From positions 58,962,001 to 59,026,000 of the forward strand of contig JAGIQG010000009.1 of assembly GCA_024679065.1 (NCBI GenBank): a DNA stretch of 64,000 bases, in the 5' to 3' direction. Under the pieces are notes generated by a model, which saw only the letters and a list, made by a program, of their open reading frames with translations, was not told the DNA's origin and searched no databases. The translations under genes were made by a program, and so were the position numbers. The stretch comes from Sphyrna mokarran. Taxonomy: Eukaryota. Positions 27,231 through 41,200 of the stretch are shown here, in pieces (the first letter of the stretch is position 1; every line of letters begins with the position of its first letter).

Positions 27231-27672
27231 ATATATACTTCCTGTGCTTCTGAGCCATTCACACATCTGGGTAACAACTTATGACTTCAGTCAATTAATC
27301 TTTTATAAAAAAGGATTCCAAGGAGCATGAGGCTATTTAGAGCACCATAATAGCAAACTCACCAAGAGGATCCAAGCCAACATCTTCCAGGTCTACGTCC
27401 CTCAATCCCGCAAAAACAATGTATTTCAACAATAAGCTGCTGAGACTCGGACAACATTCTATCAACCTAATAGCTTCTGTTTTGTTCAAAATTGACAAGT
27501 CTTGTCAGTAACTGCCAACTTTTGCATTCAAAGCTATTCACTTCAGGAGTTATTTTATTACAAAGAAACACATTTCCATGAAAGTTACCCTCTATAGGCA
27601 GCCTGATATTCACAGCAGACAAAACAGAATTTGGCAATATTTGCAGTTAAGACGTGATTTACTTAGAATCAT

Positions 27673-27842
27673 AGTAAGAAGTCTCACAATACCAGGTTAA
27701 AGTCCAACATGTTTATTTTGAATCCCCAGCTTTGAGTGCTGCTCCTTCATCTGACTCACCTGATGAAAGAACAGCACTCTGAAAACTTGTGATTCCAATT
27801 CTTACTATACCCACTCCAGTCCAACACCAGCATTTGCACGAT
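27673..27842 (+). mobile_element. ~170-bp Penelope fold-back mini-copy with back-to-back hammerhead relics
   Basis: Inverted pLTR end on left; plus-strand UCAC-CUGAUGA-A..ACUCU-GAAA-aCUU-GUGA (27756-27792); 3' tail ccagtccaacaccagcat; sits in the tail of a SINE. Confidence 0.8.
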
Positions 27843-27844
27843 AT

Positions 27845-28150
27845 TGAATCACAGCATCAAATCACTACAGTGCAAAAGGAGGCCATTCAGCCCATCAAAC
27901 TTGCGCCAACAGTCCCACCCAGGCCGTATCTCACAGACCCCAGATATTTACCCCGCTAACCTCCCGACACTGAGGATCAGTTTAGCATGGCCAATCAACC
28001 TAACATGCACATCTTTTGGACGCAAAGGAAAAAACCTGAATATCCTGTGACAACCAATGCAGCCACAGGGAGAATGTGCAAACTCCACACAGGTAGTCAT
28101 CCAAGGCTGGAATTGAACCCCGGTTTCTGGTAGTGGGACACCATGCTAAT
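27845..28150 (-). mobile_element. HE1/V-SINE-like element
   Basis: B-box GGTTCAATTCC on minus strand (~28109-28119), V-domain core, CR1-like tail. Confidence 0.75.
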
Positions 28151-30113
28151 GTATAAACAACTACAGTAGCAAATGCACTGAAACTCAGTGCAATCTAAAG
28201 TTATATCAACACATTCCACTTTTATTTGGTTAATATAATGTCCTCTGTTATGGGTTGTGGGTTTTACACAAAAAGATGAGGTCTGCACACACAGATTCAA
28301 ACTAAAAGCAGATTTATTCTAGGAAGTCTTGTCTGTACAAGTACAAAAAAAGTAAAACAGCCGCCCTCTGCAAATGTCCTAATGACATCATCAAATCATG
28401 TGATCAGCTCTTAAAGTAGTCAGCAACCAATTAACAATATAACATGTAACGCAAATCAAATTCTAAAAAACATAAGAAATGAAAATTGACCAACCTTTCC
28501 TACCAATGATGTCCCAACACAGGTTATATGTAGAGAATAATTAACCATGTTGAACTGCATTTTTCTCAAGTAACTGCAGAACATGTGTGACATTTTGCAG
28601 TATATATGCTTCATCACCTTTTCCAGCAAGTTTGGTAAACTATTGTTACTCAACGAGTCATCTTAGCCTAGCTCCAACTGCTCCGTTCCACCTGCAGTTC
28701 AGTTAATCATAAACAGGTTGTTGTCACCTGGCCAACAAATAAAACCTCGTGCCAGGTTATAAATTTTCTAGGCTTTAGCACAATGCTGCTGGGAAAGTGC
28801 AGCTCTTAGTCGTACACAGGGACAGTGACTTTACTTCATATTCCATTAGCAAGCAGGTGAGAGAACAGAGGCCAACTCAAAGTTGAACAAGAGACATACC
28901 AACATTTATCATCAGGCTATAGAGCACACCAAACAATGGTGACAGTATGACCAGGCCTTACCTACTAAACAGTTTCACACTATTTTAGTAGCTATCCTGT
29001 GCATCTGTTTATTTTTTTTAAATTCTGTCTACATAAGCTTCTGTTCAGACCCAACCATTTAATTTGAAGTACAGCCGTAAGCGAAACAAATCAATTTTTG
29101 AGACAGCCTTACACACAAATGATAACATTTTCCAAAATAAATGACTCCCACAAAGACAGCTTGCTCTTGTAGCACAAGCTTTATACTGAGGAAGCAGCTT
29201 GTACTATTTATCATTCACTATCGCTGACATACTAAGTCAAGACATCCCAGTACCCAAGTATTAACTATGCAGAGCATGTGTCAGCAGACAGTCGAACCCA
29301 TCAACAAAAGCAGTCATTCAGCAAGGAAGAGCAAAGCAAACTAAAAATCTGTTACAAACTCTGCTCCAATATGCATCTCATTTGAGCTCAATCCACAATC
29401 ACCAATTGCCTTCAAAAACTGCTCATGTTGGATTGTAAAATAGTGAAGTCTCCATTTTTTTAAAAAAAATCACATGGTCAGTTTTAAAACTATATTTTTG
29501 ATATGCTTAAGAATTTTTCCATTCTGCAACAAACATATTTCCAATAGATTTTCCTTACGGAGAAAAATCACCAATGTACAATACGGGAAGTTTAACACTA
29601 GATCTTAGACACAACACAGGTTTATCCTGAACTCTTTCACTGTACTGACATGCTCCAGGTGCCTACACATACCAGGTAACTAATAGGTAACAGTGGCAAA
29701 TGATCTTTCCTCTCAAGAGACCAGAATTCAACGTTTATGTAAAACTATGACAAATCCAATGCAACTCAAATTCCTTAAAAAGTTTATTTTAAAACAAAGT
29801 ACACAATTTTATTGCAATTTTTTGTCAAACCTTTTTTTAATTTGTTTAGTATAACAAAGTAAGGTCTTCACAAGCAGCGCCCAAAGCAAGTTTCTATTCA
29901 AGTCAGAAAGCCACAAATATTTTTTAAAATATCCACCAATAAAATATTAAGATTTGTATTTCATAGGATTTTAGAACAATAAAATAACTCACTCAAAAGA
30001 ATCTGCAAATTTGTATCAATTTGAGACAAGACATTCCATTTGGCAGCTATCCTCTCTGCACGCAACAGAATTTTTTAAACCTACAGTTATTCACAGGAAT
30101 TAAGAGAACTCAC

Positions 30114-30198
30114 ATAATCATGGAAGGCTTTTGCTTCACTTGAATGTTCACATGTGTCTCGTCTTTCAGGAGCTGCACAGTAAAGGTCCCAAAATACA
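30114..30198 (-). CDS. SSBP3: SSBP3-type protein, coding exon 4 (85 nt)
   Basis: cag|T GTA TTT... encodes (C)[28 protein letters not shown]|gtgagt; phase matches exon 3. Confidence 0.93.
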
Positions 30199-32374
30199 CT
30201 GGGGGAGGAAGAAAAATGTTCTGTTACTATTTCACCTATTCTCAATGCAAAAGATAATATACTCCAGGCATACACATGCAAAACATAGTGTTCTGTTAAC
30301 AAAGATCATTAAGTTGCAATCCACTGTGCTCAGGAGAATACAGGGCTCTCAATGATAAACTAAATACAGGATGTATACTGTAGCAAAACCACAAAAACAA
30401 CTAGTTCATAAATTCAAAACTTTAAAAAGCAGCACAATGAAAAGACAATTCAGTTTATAATATTTACAACAAACTGACAGTTAAAAAAGCAATATTACTT
30501 AGGCTGAGTGACAATCAAATAAATTGATGCTCATATTAGTTGACTGCAAGGAGTAACTCCAAGGAACAAGTTAGAATTCTAACTCATACCTTTTCTGAAG
30601 GCATCTGCTCATTCATATTGTGTGCTGCACATTCACAAATCCCCAGGTTCCGCCCCAGGCCTGTACCTGCAGGTGCTCAACTTAAACATTTACCTGACTG
30701 AACCCGTAAATTTGCAAACTAGTCAGTCATTATTCTATATAATTAGTGTCCCGTTGACAGCTCTCCAACTTGTACTATATATAATTCACAACCATCAAAA
30801 TGAAATCCTGCCTTATCTTAAGCAGACCTACTTGTAAGAGATCTTAATTACTAGCAATTAGGGATAGATTATCGTAAACATGATTAAAAAAACTGATTTC
30901 CGCTCCCCACCTTTTTGTCAGAAATTCCAACCCTCTCTGAATTCTCTACAGGAAGCACACATTCATATTGAGCTACAATTCCAAAGGCACCAGCATCTCC
31001 TGAAAGACTAAATAATCCTTCTAAATAGTAACAATAAGCTATTCCACCAAATGTGTTTCAGCAAAACTCATCTTACTCTTCGTAAAACCTCAGTTTATCC
31101 TTACTTACTTCACAAACACACAAATTAAGTAAACATAGAAGACAGCCATTTTGCCATTCAGTTCATTCACAAAGTCTACAATCTTCTTTGTGTCTGTCTC
31201 TTGACCGACTCCCATGCCATCACCACTTAGGTTTGCCTCCACACTTTTCCAGTGGGAGTTTTTGCTTAACAATCATAACTCTAGTTAGTTCTACCGCTCC
31301 CTAGCCTGAGGTCAGTGAGGGCAACTATAGCACCCCATCACTTAGGCCAAGATTAGCAGAAACACAAATTGAACCTGATCCATATGGCTCAATCTCATTC
31401 CAGACAGTGCATCAAGAAGGTTAGATGTACTAATCATTAAAAATATTAAACATTTTTTAAACAACTTGTTCCCAGGCCTATTGCCTTTCAGCCTGCTCAT
31501 AGCTTATAGATCATTAGGTAAACCTTACCATTTTCACTCAACCTCCCTCTAAAACATTGCTATTGCACTCCGCATGAGTGCTTCGCCTATCATTTTTGTT
31601 TTGTAGACTTAACAAGAACCTTTGTATCAAAACCTTCCAGTACAAGTAAAATATGATCATTGATTCTCAATTACGCAGAATGCATAATATATTCAATTAA
31701 GTCCGAAGAGATTTTAAAATCTACGTAGAAATCCCGCAGCTTCTAAACATTGCTGGGAGTGTCTAAAGCACAGTTTTAAGTCAGTCAATCGCTCTTTTAA
31801 AACAATAAATGTATTGATCAGTAGCAAATTCAATACATCTTCTGACTTCTAACAATAGATGAACCCGTACAATATTCATTAGTACAACATTCAAACAGCC
31901 AAATTAGTCACTAGATGTCACAATTCTTGTTCCACTGAAGACTCAAGCTTTTTAACAACATATACAAGAATCAAAAACCCTGACAGTCTATAGTTGAGGT
32001 GATCAAACTGTCACTATAAATTCTCCAAAAAAATTAAGACAAACTGCTGATAAGACGTCACAAAAAGCTCTTTTAAAATGATGCACTTTGCACAAATAGA
32101 AAACTACAATCGTGTGTCAACTTTCACCATCATTACTATAGCCCCTCAAAAGAGAGAGACTTTTAGTGAAGAGAGAGAGAAAATGGTAACTAGCACAGAT
32201 TAAAATAGAATTTTGAGTCCTCTTCAACAGTTTACCGAGTAGCACACTGGTAGTGTGCCAGTTCAGTTTTCAGCCAACTGAAGAAAACAGTGTATGAGGA
32301 CCAGAATCTCAAACCTAACACTAAGTTCATGGTTTATCAGGCAGCAGTATTCCCCATGCTACTATATACAAATA

Positions 32375-32670
32375 TATGAATTGGGAGCAGCAGTAAGCCA
32401 TTTGGCACATCATGTCTGCTCCACTATTCAATAGGATCATAGTTGAACTGATTGTGACATCAACTCCACATTCCACCTACCCTTGATAATATTTGCCTCT
32501 CCTGATCCTGCCTCCACCACTCACTGAGGAAGATAATTCCAAAGTTCACAACCCCCAGAAAACACTTCTCATGTCCACCTTAAATCGTCCCCTAACTCTA
32601 GACTCTCTGACAAGGGCTACATCCTGTCAGCATTCACCTCGTCAAGTTCCCAAAGAATCTTGAATGTTTT
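32375..32670 (-). mobile_element. CR1-like LINE 3' end (left part, split by Rex1-like insertion)
   Basis: Antisense CR1 3'UTR (ggagcagcagtaagccatttggc...); sequence resumes at ~33723. Confidence 0.7.
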
Positions 32671-32675
32671 AAAAT

Positions 32676-33720
32676 ACAGCTACAGCTCAACCTTTAATAC
32701 CATTAGTCCTACAAGACTCATCTCCAGGCTTTGTCACCTGAGGCTCAACTCATCCCTATGGAACTCGATCCTAGACTTCCTAATCGCACTCAGCAAGGAT
32801 AGGCAACACCACCTCCTCCACAATCATCCTCTCAACACCAGTGCCCCACAAGGCTGTGTCCTCAGCCCCTTACACACCTTTGACTGTCTGTCCAAATTTC
32901 CCTCCAACTCAATTTTCAAGTTTGCTGATGACACCACCACTGTGGGTCGGATCTCAAATAATGAGAAGACAGGATATAGGAAAGAGATAGAGAATCCGGT
33001 ATGATGACAATAACGTCTCCCTCAACGACAACAAAACGAAGGAGATAGTCATCAGGAAACGTAGTAGACAGCATGTCCCTATCTATATCAATGGGGATGA
33101 AGTAGAAATGGTCAAAAGCTTCAAGTTTGAAGGTATCCAGATCACTAACAGCCTGTCCAGGTCCCTCTATTCAGATACTATAGTTAAGAAAGCACACCAA
33201 TGCCTCTACTTCCGCGGGAAATCAAGGAGATTTCGCTACAACTCTCACCAACTTCTACAGATGCACCACAGAAAGCATTCTTTCCAGTTGTATCACAGCT
33301 TGGTATGGCTCCAGTTCTGCCCAAGATTGCAAGAAACTACAAAGGGTCATGAATGAAGCCTAGTCCACCATTCAAACCAGCCTCCCATAGATTGATACTG
33401 TCTGCACATTCCACCACCTTGGAAAAACAGCCAGCAAACTTAAGAACCTTATGCACCCCAAACACATTCTATTCCACCTTCTTCCATCAGGAAGACACAA
33501 TCACATACCAATCGACTCAAAAACAGTTTCTTCCCTCCTGCCAGTCTTTTGAATGGATCTACCTTACATTAAGATGATTTTTCTCTAATACCCTAGCTAT
33601 GACTGTAACATTCTCTCTTTATCATGTATACTATGCTTTGTCTGTATAGTATGCAAGAAATAATACTTTTTACTATATACTAATACGTGACAATTATAAA
33701 TCAAATCTAATCAAATCAAA
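32676..33720 (+). mobile_element. Rex1/Babar-like LINE, 5'-truncated
   Basis: YSSTFNTISP, APQGCVLSPL, IFKFADDTTTVGRISNN, IVKKAHQCLYF; (ATCAA)n tail. Confidence 0.85.
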
Positions 33721-33722
33721 AT

Positions 33723-34185
33723 CACTACTTTATTCTTCTAAACTCCAAAGGACAAAGGCCCAGCCCATCTAACCTTTCCTCATAAGATAATCTCCTCCAT
33801 CCCCAGTCAAGTGAAGCTTCTCTGAACTGCCATTAACATATTTATATCCTTTCTTAAATAAGGCGACCAAACTGTACACAATACCCTACATGTGGTCTCA
33901 CCAACGTCAACTAAATTCCATTCGACTTCCTAATCACTTGCTGTAACTGTATACTAACTTTCTGATTTGTGTACCAGGACAGACATATCCTTCTTTATAT
34001 CTCAGTTCTGCAATCTCTTTTTGTTTAAAAAGCATGCTGCTTTTCTTTTGTTCTTGCAAAGTGGATTCATTCACCCTTTCCCACACTTCAACTCCCACCT
34101 GCCAATTTTTTGCCCATTCACTTATCTATGCTCCTTGGAAACTCAATGTTCTCTTCACAACCTTCTTTCCTACCTATTTGTGCTT
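33723..34185 (-). mobile_element. CR1-like LINE (right part)
   Basis: ttcttctaaactcc...gaccaaactgtacacaata...tgtggtctcacc, antisense CR1 ORF2. Confidence 0.7.
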
Positions 34186-34199
34186 ATATGTGCAGGCAC

Positions 34200-34560
34200 C
34201 ATAAAGCACTGGAGAATCACCACTTGTGATACATTTGCAAGATTCTCCAAATCTGATGGCAAGACATTCCCTCAAGCCGCTGCCCCAAAACCAACTTGTC
34301 CAGTATTAAGGTGCTAATCACTAGAAACCAGCTCTGTTGGGCAGAACATGTAGTTCACATGCCTGATACCAGATTCCCAAAGAACTATTCAACTTGGAAC
34401 TCGGTTGTGGTACAAGACACCCAGAAGAACAGCAGAAATTGATTAGGGATGTCCTCAAAACATTCCCAAAGAAGTCAAATATCCACAATGTCTTATGGGA
34501 GACACTGGTTTGTCATCAACTAAATTGGGAAAATTCACTATCAGAAGGAGTGCACAAATC
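34200..34560 (+). mobile_element. RTE (BovB-like) LINE fragment
   Basis: QLCWAEHVVHMPDTRFPK...ELG.G...DVLK...WETL resembles the RTE C-terminal QLRWAGHVxRMxDxRLPK motif. Confidence 0.65.
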
Positions 34561-36999
34561 TCCAAACAACCCATCCATCCACCCCTTCAAGCACCATTTG
34601 TCAGACTTATCAACCATCTCGTGTGAAATCAAATCATCCTCAACCTGAAAGATAACTTAACAGAATATTCATACATTCAGACGGGAAGATTAGATTTTAT
34701 GATAATTTAGCCAATCCTGGGATAGCAACTGATGTGGCAAAATTGGCTTCAACAACCTTTGGCTCGGCTGAGGGGTGAAAACTAGATATGCCATTGCCAA
34801 TGTTTTAGTAATCTCTGCATATCGAACAATAACTTATTACGTCCCTATGTATATAAAACTAAAGGATATTTTAGTGACTTGGGAATGGGCAAGGAAAAGA
34901 TTGACATCGTCTGTATTGTCTAATATTCTGTATTAGTAAATCACATGCATGGAAGATATGGGCCCCAAATTTGATTGGTTGAGCAGCCAGGAATGATGAT
35001 ATGGTGTGGAACTACCCAGCACAAGCAGATATTCTGCCCATGAAGGACAGGGTTAGAGAAACCTAGCAAAAGCAGATGTCTTGACAATGGAGTGGGGGGG
35101 GAGGGTGATGCAAGGGTTTGAAAATAAAAAATGGTTGAGGATGATCCCTTGGACTTTGTTCTTTAACCTAAGAATCAGGCCCAGTGACTGATACAAGCTG
35201 GCCAAAACTATACGTGTAAACTGTAAGTATACAAATACTTATCAAACTATAATTCTATGACAAATTACAAAGCTGCACAGAAACAAATTGCTCCATGTCA
35301 AATAACTCTGACAATGGGTCATCTAGATTTGAAGTATTGGCTCTACTCTCTCTCCGCAGATGTTGACATTTTCAATTTTTGTTTCAGATTCCAGCATCTG
35401 CAGTAGTTCGTGTGTATCAAAAAACTGTTTATTCAGAAGACAATTTTACACAAGATAACTGGTGTCTACGTCACCAGACCATGTATATAGTATGGAATTC
35501 CCAATTCACTTTAAATATGCCCAGCATAAAATTCCCTTGCATTGTTCCCACCCCCATATATCCATAAACAGCTGCCATTCCCTCTTTTAGTTCCAGCAGG
35601 ACTGTGTGGGTGGCTGCTAAGCTACAATCAGCATCACTCTGTAATCAGTTAATAGAAGGAACACCACTTTGGGACTCCTCTCAGTTTTTCACTCAAGATA
35701 TTTAACTGCACCTTGGAGGTTGAATTCAGTCCTGAATGAATTCTTAGCCCTCTTGGCTTTTCTGTCCAAGGTAATATATTGAAAAGTCACTGAAAAATTC
35801 CACAGTTCTCTAGCACCCCTCTGTCCTCAAAGCAGAAGAACCATCATCTGGTCCTACCCTATTAGACAACAAGCCAACAAGCAAACTAATCCTAATAAAG
35901 TAATTCTGTTGTGAAATAAGCCAGAGAATAAAGAGATTCCAGCTTCAACACCCCCTCCCCCCAATCCGTAATAGGTGCTATCTCAGGTGGGAACGACAGC
36001 AATCTTTTCAGAGTGGGGGCGGCATTGGGAGATGTTAATTAACTAGCCACACTGCTCATTCAACACACTAACTCCGACTTGAAAACAGGCATGTGTAGAC
36101 ATCGGACAAATGCCCAGTCAAAACTTCCCTGTGATACCATTCATGGTTAAATATTCTGCCAACACATGTTGAGGCTCCCACATGAAGAACTGCTACTTGC
36201 AAGAGATTTTGGAAAATTACTGCCACCTGTGGAACCACACCTCAGCAAGAGACAAAATATGAAATAAATGGGAGAAAAATTGAAAGTTGATTTTCTTCTT
36301 AGTTCGTAGGATGGGACTCAACTTGCAAGCTGCAGTTCTGCACTGAACCAACAAAATTGTCCATCAATTCCAACACCTATCAAAACACTTTGTTAAAATG
36401 GTTTCCAATCCATTTTAACAAAGTAACAATAGCCCCAAGAGCATGATTTAAAAAAATTAAGCATACCTAATAAACAGACATAACTATATACTGCATCTAG
36501 AGAATATTACATCTTTTTCTAGTAGGTCTTAAAACCTACAGCAAAGCAACCACAGTTTGCCCACTAGCCAGTACAGTAATGTGGGGGGAAGGGAGGGGGG
36601 GTTGTGGGTGGAGAAAGGGGCCATCCACACAAGTAAAATATCTGTCTGCAATAACTGCAAAATGATCTCATCCACACTTGAAATCCTAGCATATGGCTGC
36701 GTGGCTCACGATGCAATTTGGAAAATAACCCATAAAAGCTGTATTTTTAAAAAATGCACAGCAAACAAGTAACGAAAGGACGTTTAAACCAACACCAAAA
36801 CTTCCGATTTTATCAAAGAGATGCCTGTTGCTACTACAGCTCTTTTGTGTTGATCCCATTATCTGCGTTTTTTTGGTACAATGTTGCCAAAAAAGTTCCA
36901 AGAGAAAACAGAGAATCAAAGTATCTATATTTATCACATGGAACGATGATGGGAACTCTGCACAAGCCCAATGTGGGACACTTAAAATTATCCACTTAC

Positions 37000-37061
37000 C
37001 ACCACCAGGAGTGTAAAAACCCAGGAGGTTCTCCTAATGTAATATTTTTCTCCCATCGTAT
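37000..37061 (-). CDS. SSBP3: SSBP3-type protein, coding exon 3 (62 nt)
   Basis: ttttgcag|[20 protein letters not shown](C)|gtaagt; LUFS domain; not in the ORF track. Confidence 0.93.
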
Positions 37062-37299
37062 CTGCAAAATAAAAACAAAAAAAAACACTCAGAAGTAGTA
37101 CAGGAGAAAATGGGAGGGGGGGTGGGTGGGGAGAGAGGGGAACGAGGGCAGGCTGCATTCAGAACTAGTCAGCTGAATAGATTTTTTTTTGTTTTGTAGC
37201 CACAATAAATGGCAAAAGGTTAACACAATTCAAAATGGAGGCGAGATTGTCCGCCTGAGAAACAAAGGCTAAAGCGGAGTGATGGAGACATGCAGTTAC

Positions 37300-37372
37300 C
37301 TCTGAGAGGAAGGTCTGTGCAGATTTCTGTGCCCCGACATGAAGCAGATATTCGTACACGTACAGAGCCAAC
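37300..37372 (-). CDS. SSBP3: SSBP3-type protein, coding exon 2 (73 nt)
   Basis: cgcag|G TTG... (K)[24 protein letters not shown]|gtaac; LisH motif. Confidence 0.93.
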
Positions 37373-37469
37373 CTGCGGGCGAAGGAGACACAAAGGGAGC
37401 CGGTTACAAGGTTTCTATTTATTACAGCGGGAATGCAGAAAGAGAGAGCAAAGAGGGGAGCTGGGGGTT

Positions 37470-38240
37470 TGTCAGCGAGCGGCGCTGCACCCAGCCAGCC
37501 CCGCCGGACACAATGTTTCATTCAGTTTCTTTAAAGAAGCGGAAACGCACAGCGTGCGAGTCAAAAACAAATAGAAATAATGATAAGGATGAAAAGCGAT
37601 TTAATCCCCGGGATCTGCAGCGGCCGCTGTCTGGCCCCGGGGAGCCAGTAAACGATGGGCAGGTTTCTTCATTTCCACAAGTAACAAAAAAAATTAAAAC
37701 TTACTTTTCTCGAGCCTGCCCGTCCGAGGGCACCGCCGAACCTTTGCTTTTGGCGAACATGCTTTTTTTTGGGGGAAGGAGCTGCCTGGCGTCGGGCACC
37801 TGTCAAACCATCAAACCCGGGGCGACCCCATCGCCGCGTCCGCGCACGCAGCCCAGCCCCGGCAGCGGAAAGGGCGGTCCCGGCTCCGCCCCCAGACCCC
37901 CGCGCGCCGGAGTGACAGGGGGCACCAGCCAATGGCCGCCAGAGGCTGGGCGTCAATCTCCCCCGCCAGCCTATCGGCGGCCTCGACGCCACGTCAATCA
38001 GCCCTGGGCCGCCCTCCGGCAGCGCCAATCAGACGCAGGCAGGTGGGCGGGAGTTTCCCGCTGGAGTGACTGGCCAGTTTGGTTACAGAGGCGGACTGCG
38101 CTGATTGGTCGCCGGCTCAGATACATCGGCGAGGGGAGCCTGGAAACAGCGTGCCCAGGAGTTTCTAAAACCCCCCCCTCCTCTTCTGCTATTCCGGGCT
38201 GGGGCGGCATTCCCCCTACTCGGCGGTTGCTGTAAAAACC
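37470..38240 (-). promoter_or_regulatory. CpG-island promoter of the SSBP3-type gene
   Basis: Only strongly GC/CpG-rich stretch; CCAAT boxes 37929-37933, 38025-38029, 38104-38108 (rev); GC boxes 37872-37877, 37886-37891, 38045-38051; CRE/ATF-like TGACGTGG 37989-37996 (minus). Confidence 0.85.
37705..37760 (-). CDS. SSBP3: SSBP3-type protein (single-stranded DNA-binding protein 3 / SSDP1), coding exon 1 (56 nt)
   Basis: ATG at 37760 with A at -3; MFAKSKGSAVPSDGQARE(K)|gtaagt. MFAK, SDGQ and [11 protein letters not shown] favour SSBP3 over SSBP2/SSBP4. Confidence 0.9.
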
Positions 38241-41200
38241 TGGGACGGAATGCTACACAGAGTCCCAACAGAAATTAAACACAATCCCATTGTTTAACAC
38301 TGGATCATTTTTCCTATGGTATTCAGTTTTGTTCTAGTTAAGCCTTCTGAGATACTGCTTTTTTTCTAGTAATTTCCCCGTAGAAATTGGTGCTTTGTCG
38401 TTGCTTAATTGAAATACATCTCTCTTGCTTTAACAAAGTCGACCTCCCCCCCACCCCCTCGGGCAATGAAAAGGAGATGCTAGGTTCATACAGAGTTAAC
38501 TGCAGATATGTGCAAAACCCCATTCCGATTACTCGGTTTTAAAATCAATGTTGTAAAATCCCAGCTCATGAACAAAAGCGCATGCAACGCATGTGCTTCA
38601 GGTAAAAATACAACGAGTGGGAGAGGCAATTAGCTCAGAACTGTGCAAAAGTCATTCATAATTCGCGATGTTTTAATAGCTTTATTTTTCTGTGGCGGAA
38701 TATTTTTTGCTCCTTTTTTAAGGTTCCCTTGTGCGAATACGAGAATGAGAAACGCAACAGTTTGGAACTGATCGAAACCGGTTTGCATACACGTGATGTG
38801 CAGTAGTTTTCCATTCAAATGGACCTGATCCTATAGATTGCAACTCATTCGAGAAGAGAACCGCCTGGGCAGCAGCGCTGTTCCCCAGTTTACTAAGTCC
38901 TAGATGGTAGCAATATCAGACACTCATCCAACGTGAGTGGAAAAGCCCGGACCATCCTATGCAAAATCAATGCGAGGTTTAACCGTCTAGACCTTATGAT
39001 CAACTTCTTGAGCTTCCAGAATGGTTTAGTAAATTATTCAGAAACTGGCTTCCTGTGTGTATAAACATATGTGGATTAATTGGCCAATTCTGTGACTACA
39101 ACCAGATTTATCGTTTGAATCTGTGCATTTTGCATTGGGTCGTATTCTAAGTTTATTCGCGACGTGTTTTTGTACAAGATCTGTTTGTATATAACCGCGA
39201 AACTATAATGAAATGCAACCCATTTAAAACGCTATGTTACGAATACTGTTTACACAATAGTCAAAACCATTCTCTTTTTAAATTCTCAGTTTATCATTTG
39301 AGTTGATTATCGTTGTGAAAAATGACTTCAATGGTACGTTTTTAAGAAGAAAGGCAAAAAAAACTTAAATTGTATCCTTTTTATTTTAAATCAGGCGACT
39401 TTATTAAATGTACCTATCGCACACAGGTCCAAGAAATCAAGATTTGTTTGGACGACTTAAAATGCTATTTTTTAGTGAATTAATGCTTACGGAGTCTGCA
39501 CTCAGATGTGTACACAGGAGGCTAAAAATACCGACTGTCATTTGCATAACCACAGCCCCACACAAGCTGCAACTAAATGCCAGTACAGTACTGTGATGCT
39601 ATTTTCCAAACTCACCTATTAAAGTCGTCTAGCACAACATTCCATACAGCACAGGGGAAATACTGGTATTCTGACAAAAACTCTGCGTCTAGAACTTGAT
39701 CTCTTTTAACAGTCTATGTGTTTTCGATAATTTAGCTTTACTTAACATTTCTCATGTTTTCAATTTTTACATTTGAGTTAGCAGCACTCCTGTAAATGGT
39801 CAGAAAAACTGGGTACTTATGTTTTCATATTTTAAAAGTACAGTGCCCATATTATTTTATAAAGCTGTAATTTAAGCATAAAATTTAAAAGCAGGCTTTA
39901 AGGCCAGTGATGAAATAAGGGGGGAATCACAAAAAGTATTTGAATGATATTTGTTCAGCTAAATAATCTCCAAGTTCCTCTAAGTGTCATCATTGCTTGA
40001 TTCCATGCAACTTCTGGGTAAACGGCCTCCTTAGGGATCAGTTTTAACTATGGAAGATTCAGGATCAGCCTATCCTTTCTGGCAGACTAACAACTTGTTA
40101 CACAAGCCAGAGATGTGCACAGTATGCCAGGGCAGTATTATTACTGAGTTTGGCTAGCCCAGCATTGGAATTTGGAAGGCCTCTGTCCCTGGAGCCTGAG
40201 ACTCTTCAGTATTGCTTCCAGCTTCCTCTTAAAGAAGTGGGATTGTAACCAGACAGTCAGTTCACTCATGTCCTGAGTAATATTAGCCCTTAAGTTCCAG
40301 CAATACCCTTTAACAAGGTTTGGGATCCTTCATTTAGGTGTTATAGATCATACTGTGGAAGGAGAGAGTGTCACAAATGAGACAAGTGGAATCTATATTT
40401 TGATAAATTTCCCAATAGTTTAGTTTTGAAAATTCTTACACCTGATGTTTGGTTAATAGGTTTGAGATCAAGAAAAGAAAAGGAGCATGTGATCTTCAGA
40501 ATGCATTAATTGGCCAGCAAAACAATTACAAATAACTGTGACTGGAAATAAATAATACATAGCTTTATTGGTCTTTAGACAAAACCTACACTTCCAAGCC
40601 ATATCCATTGCAGGTATTGTATCCATACAGATCTAAGAGCTTTTCAAAGATTAAGCATTACTTTTTTCTCAAGCCCGAAAACTGCTTGTGTAGATAAATG
40701 GAACTTAGAACAACATTCATACATCTCATTTTCTGTACAAAATTAATTATTGGTGAGGATGTAAAGTCCCCAGGATATTAAAGGTGGTAATTAGTCCTAT
40801 GTCTTCCCCGGAACACATTGTTTATCTGTTTTCAGACAGGTTTTCAAAATCCTTTTGGCAATGGATAGATGCATACATTGCAATGCCTCGTTGAAAATGA
40901 GAGAAAAAAAGGCACTATACTGTTGCTTTCTAAACTTCAGAAGCAAAATCACACAGTTGTTCTTTCATGACTTAAAACGCTTACTTGTCAAAACATGAGA
41001 TTGTACACAGTCATGATCTTTGTGACTTTTTTCTGTGCAGTTCTGCTTAGTCCTTCACTTCTAGAAATGATCTATTAGTTACACAATTTTATGGATGACT
41101 AAAAGTAATCTTCAAGTCCTTGCACTTGCTTCTACACTGTGTGTTTCTTTGGATGTCTTTTCAAAGTGTGGTATTTATATAATGCAGGATATGAATTTCA

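Noticed and set aside
18244-28150. tRNA genes
   Set aside because: A/B-box-like sequences are degenerate SINE heads; no complete cloverleaf.
1-30113. SSBP3 exon 5 (SAAAAPSPV...) or other host exons
   Set aside because: No matching coding sequence found by eye; intron 4 appears to extend past the window edge, though small alternative exons could be missed.
37339-38235. 298-aa plus-strand ORF over the SSBP3 promoter
   Set aside because: Antisense to exons 1-2 and in a GC-rich island where stops are rare; no recognisable domain.
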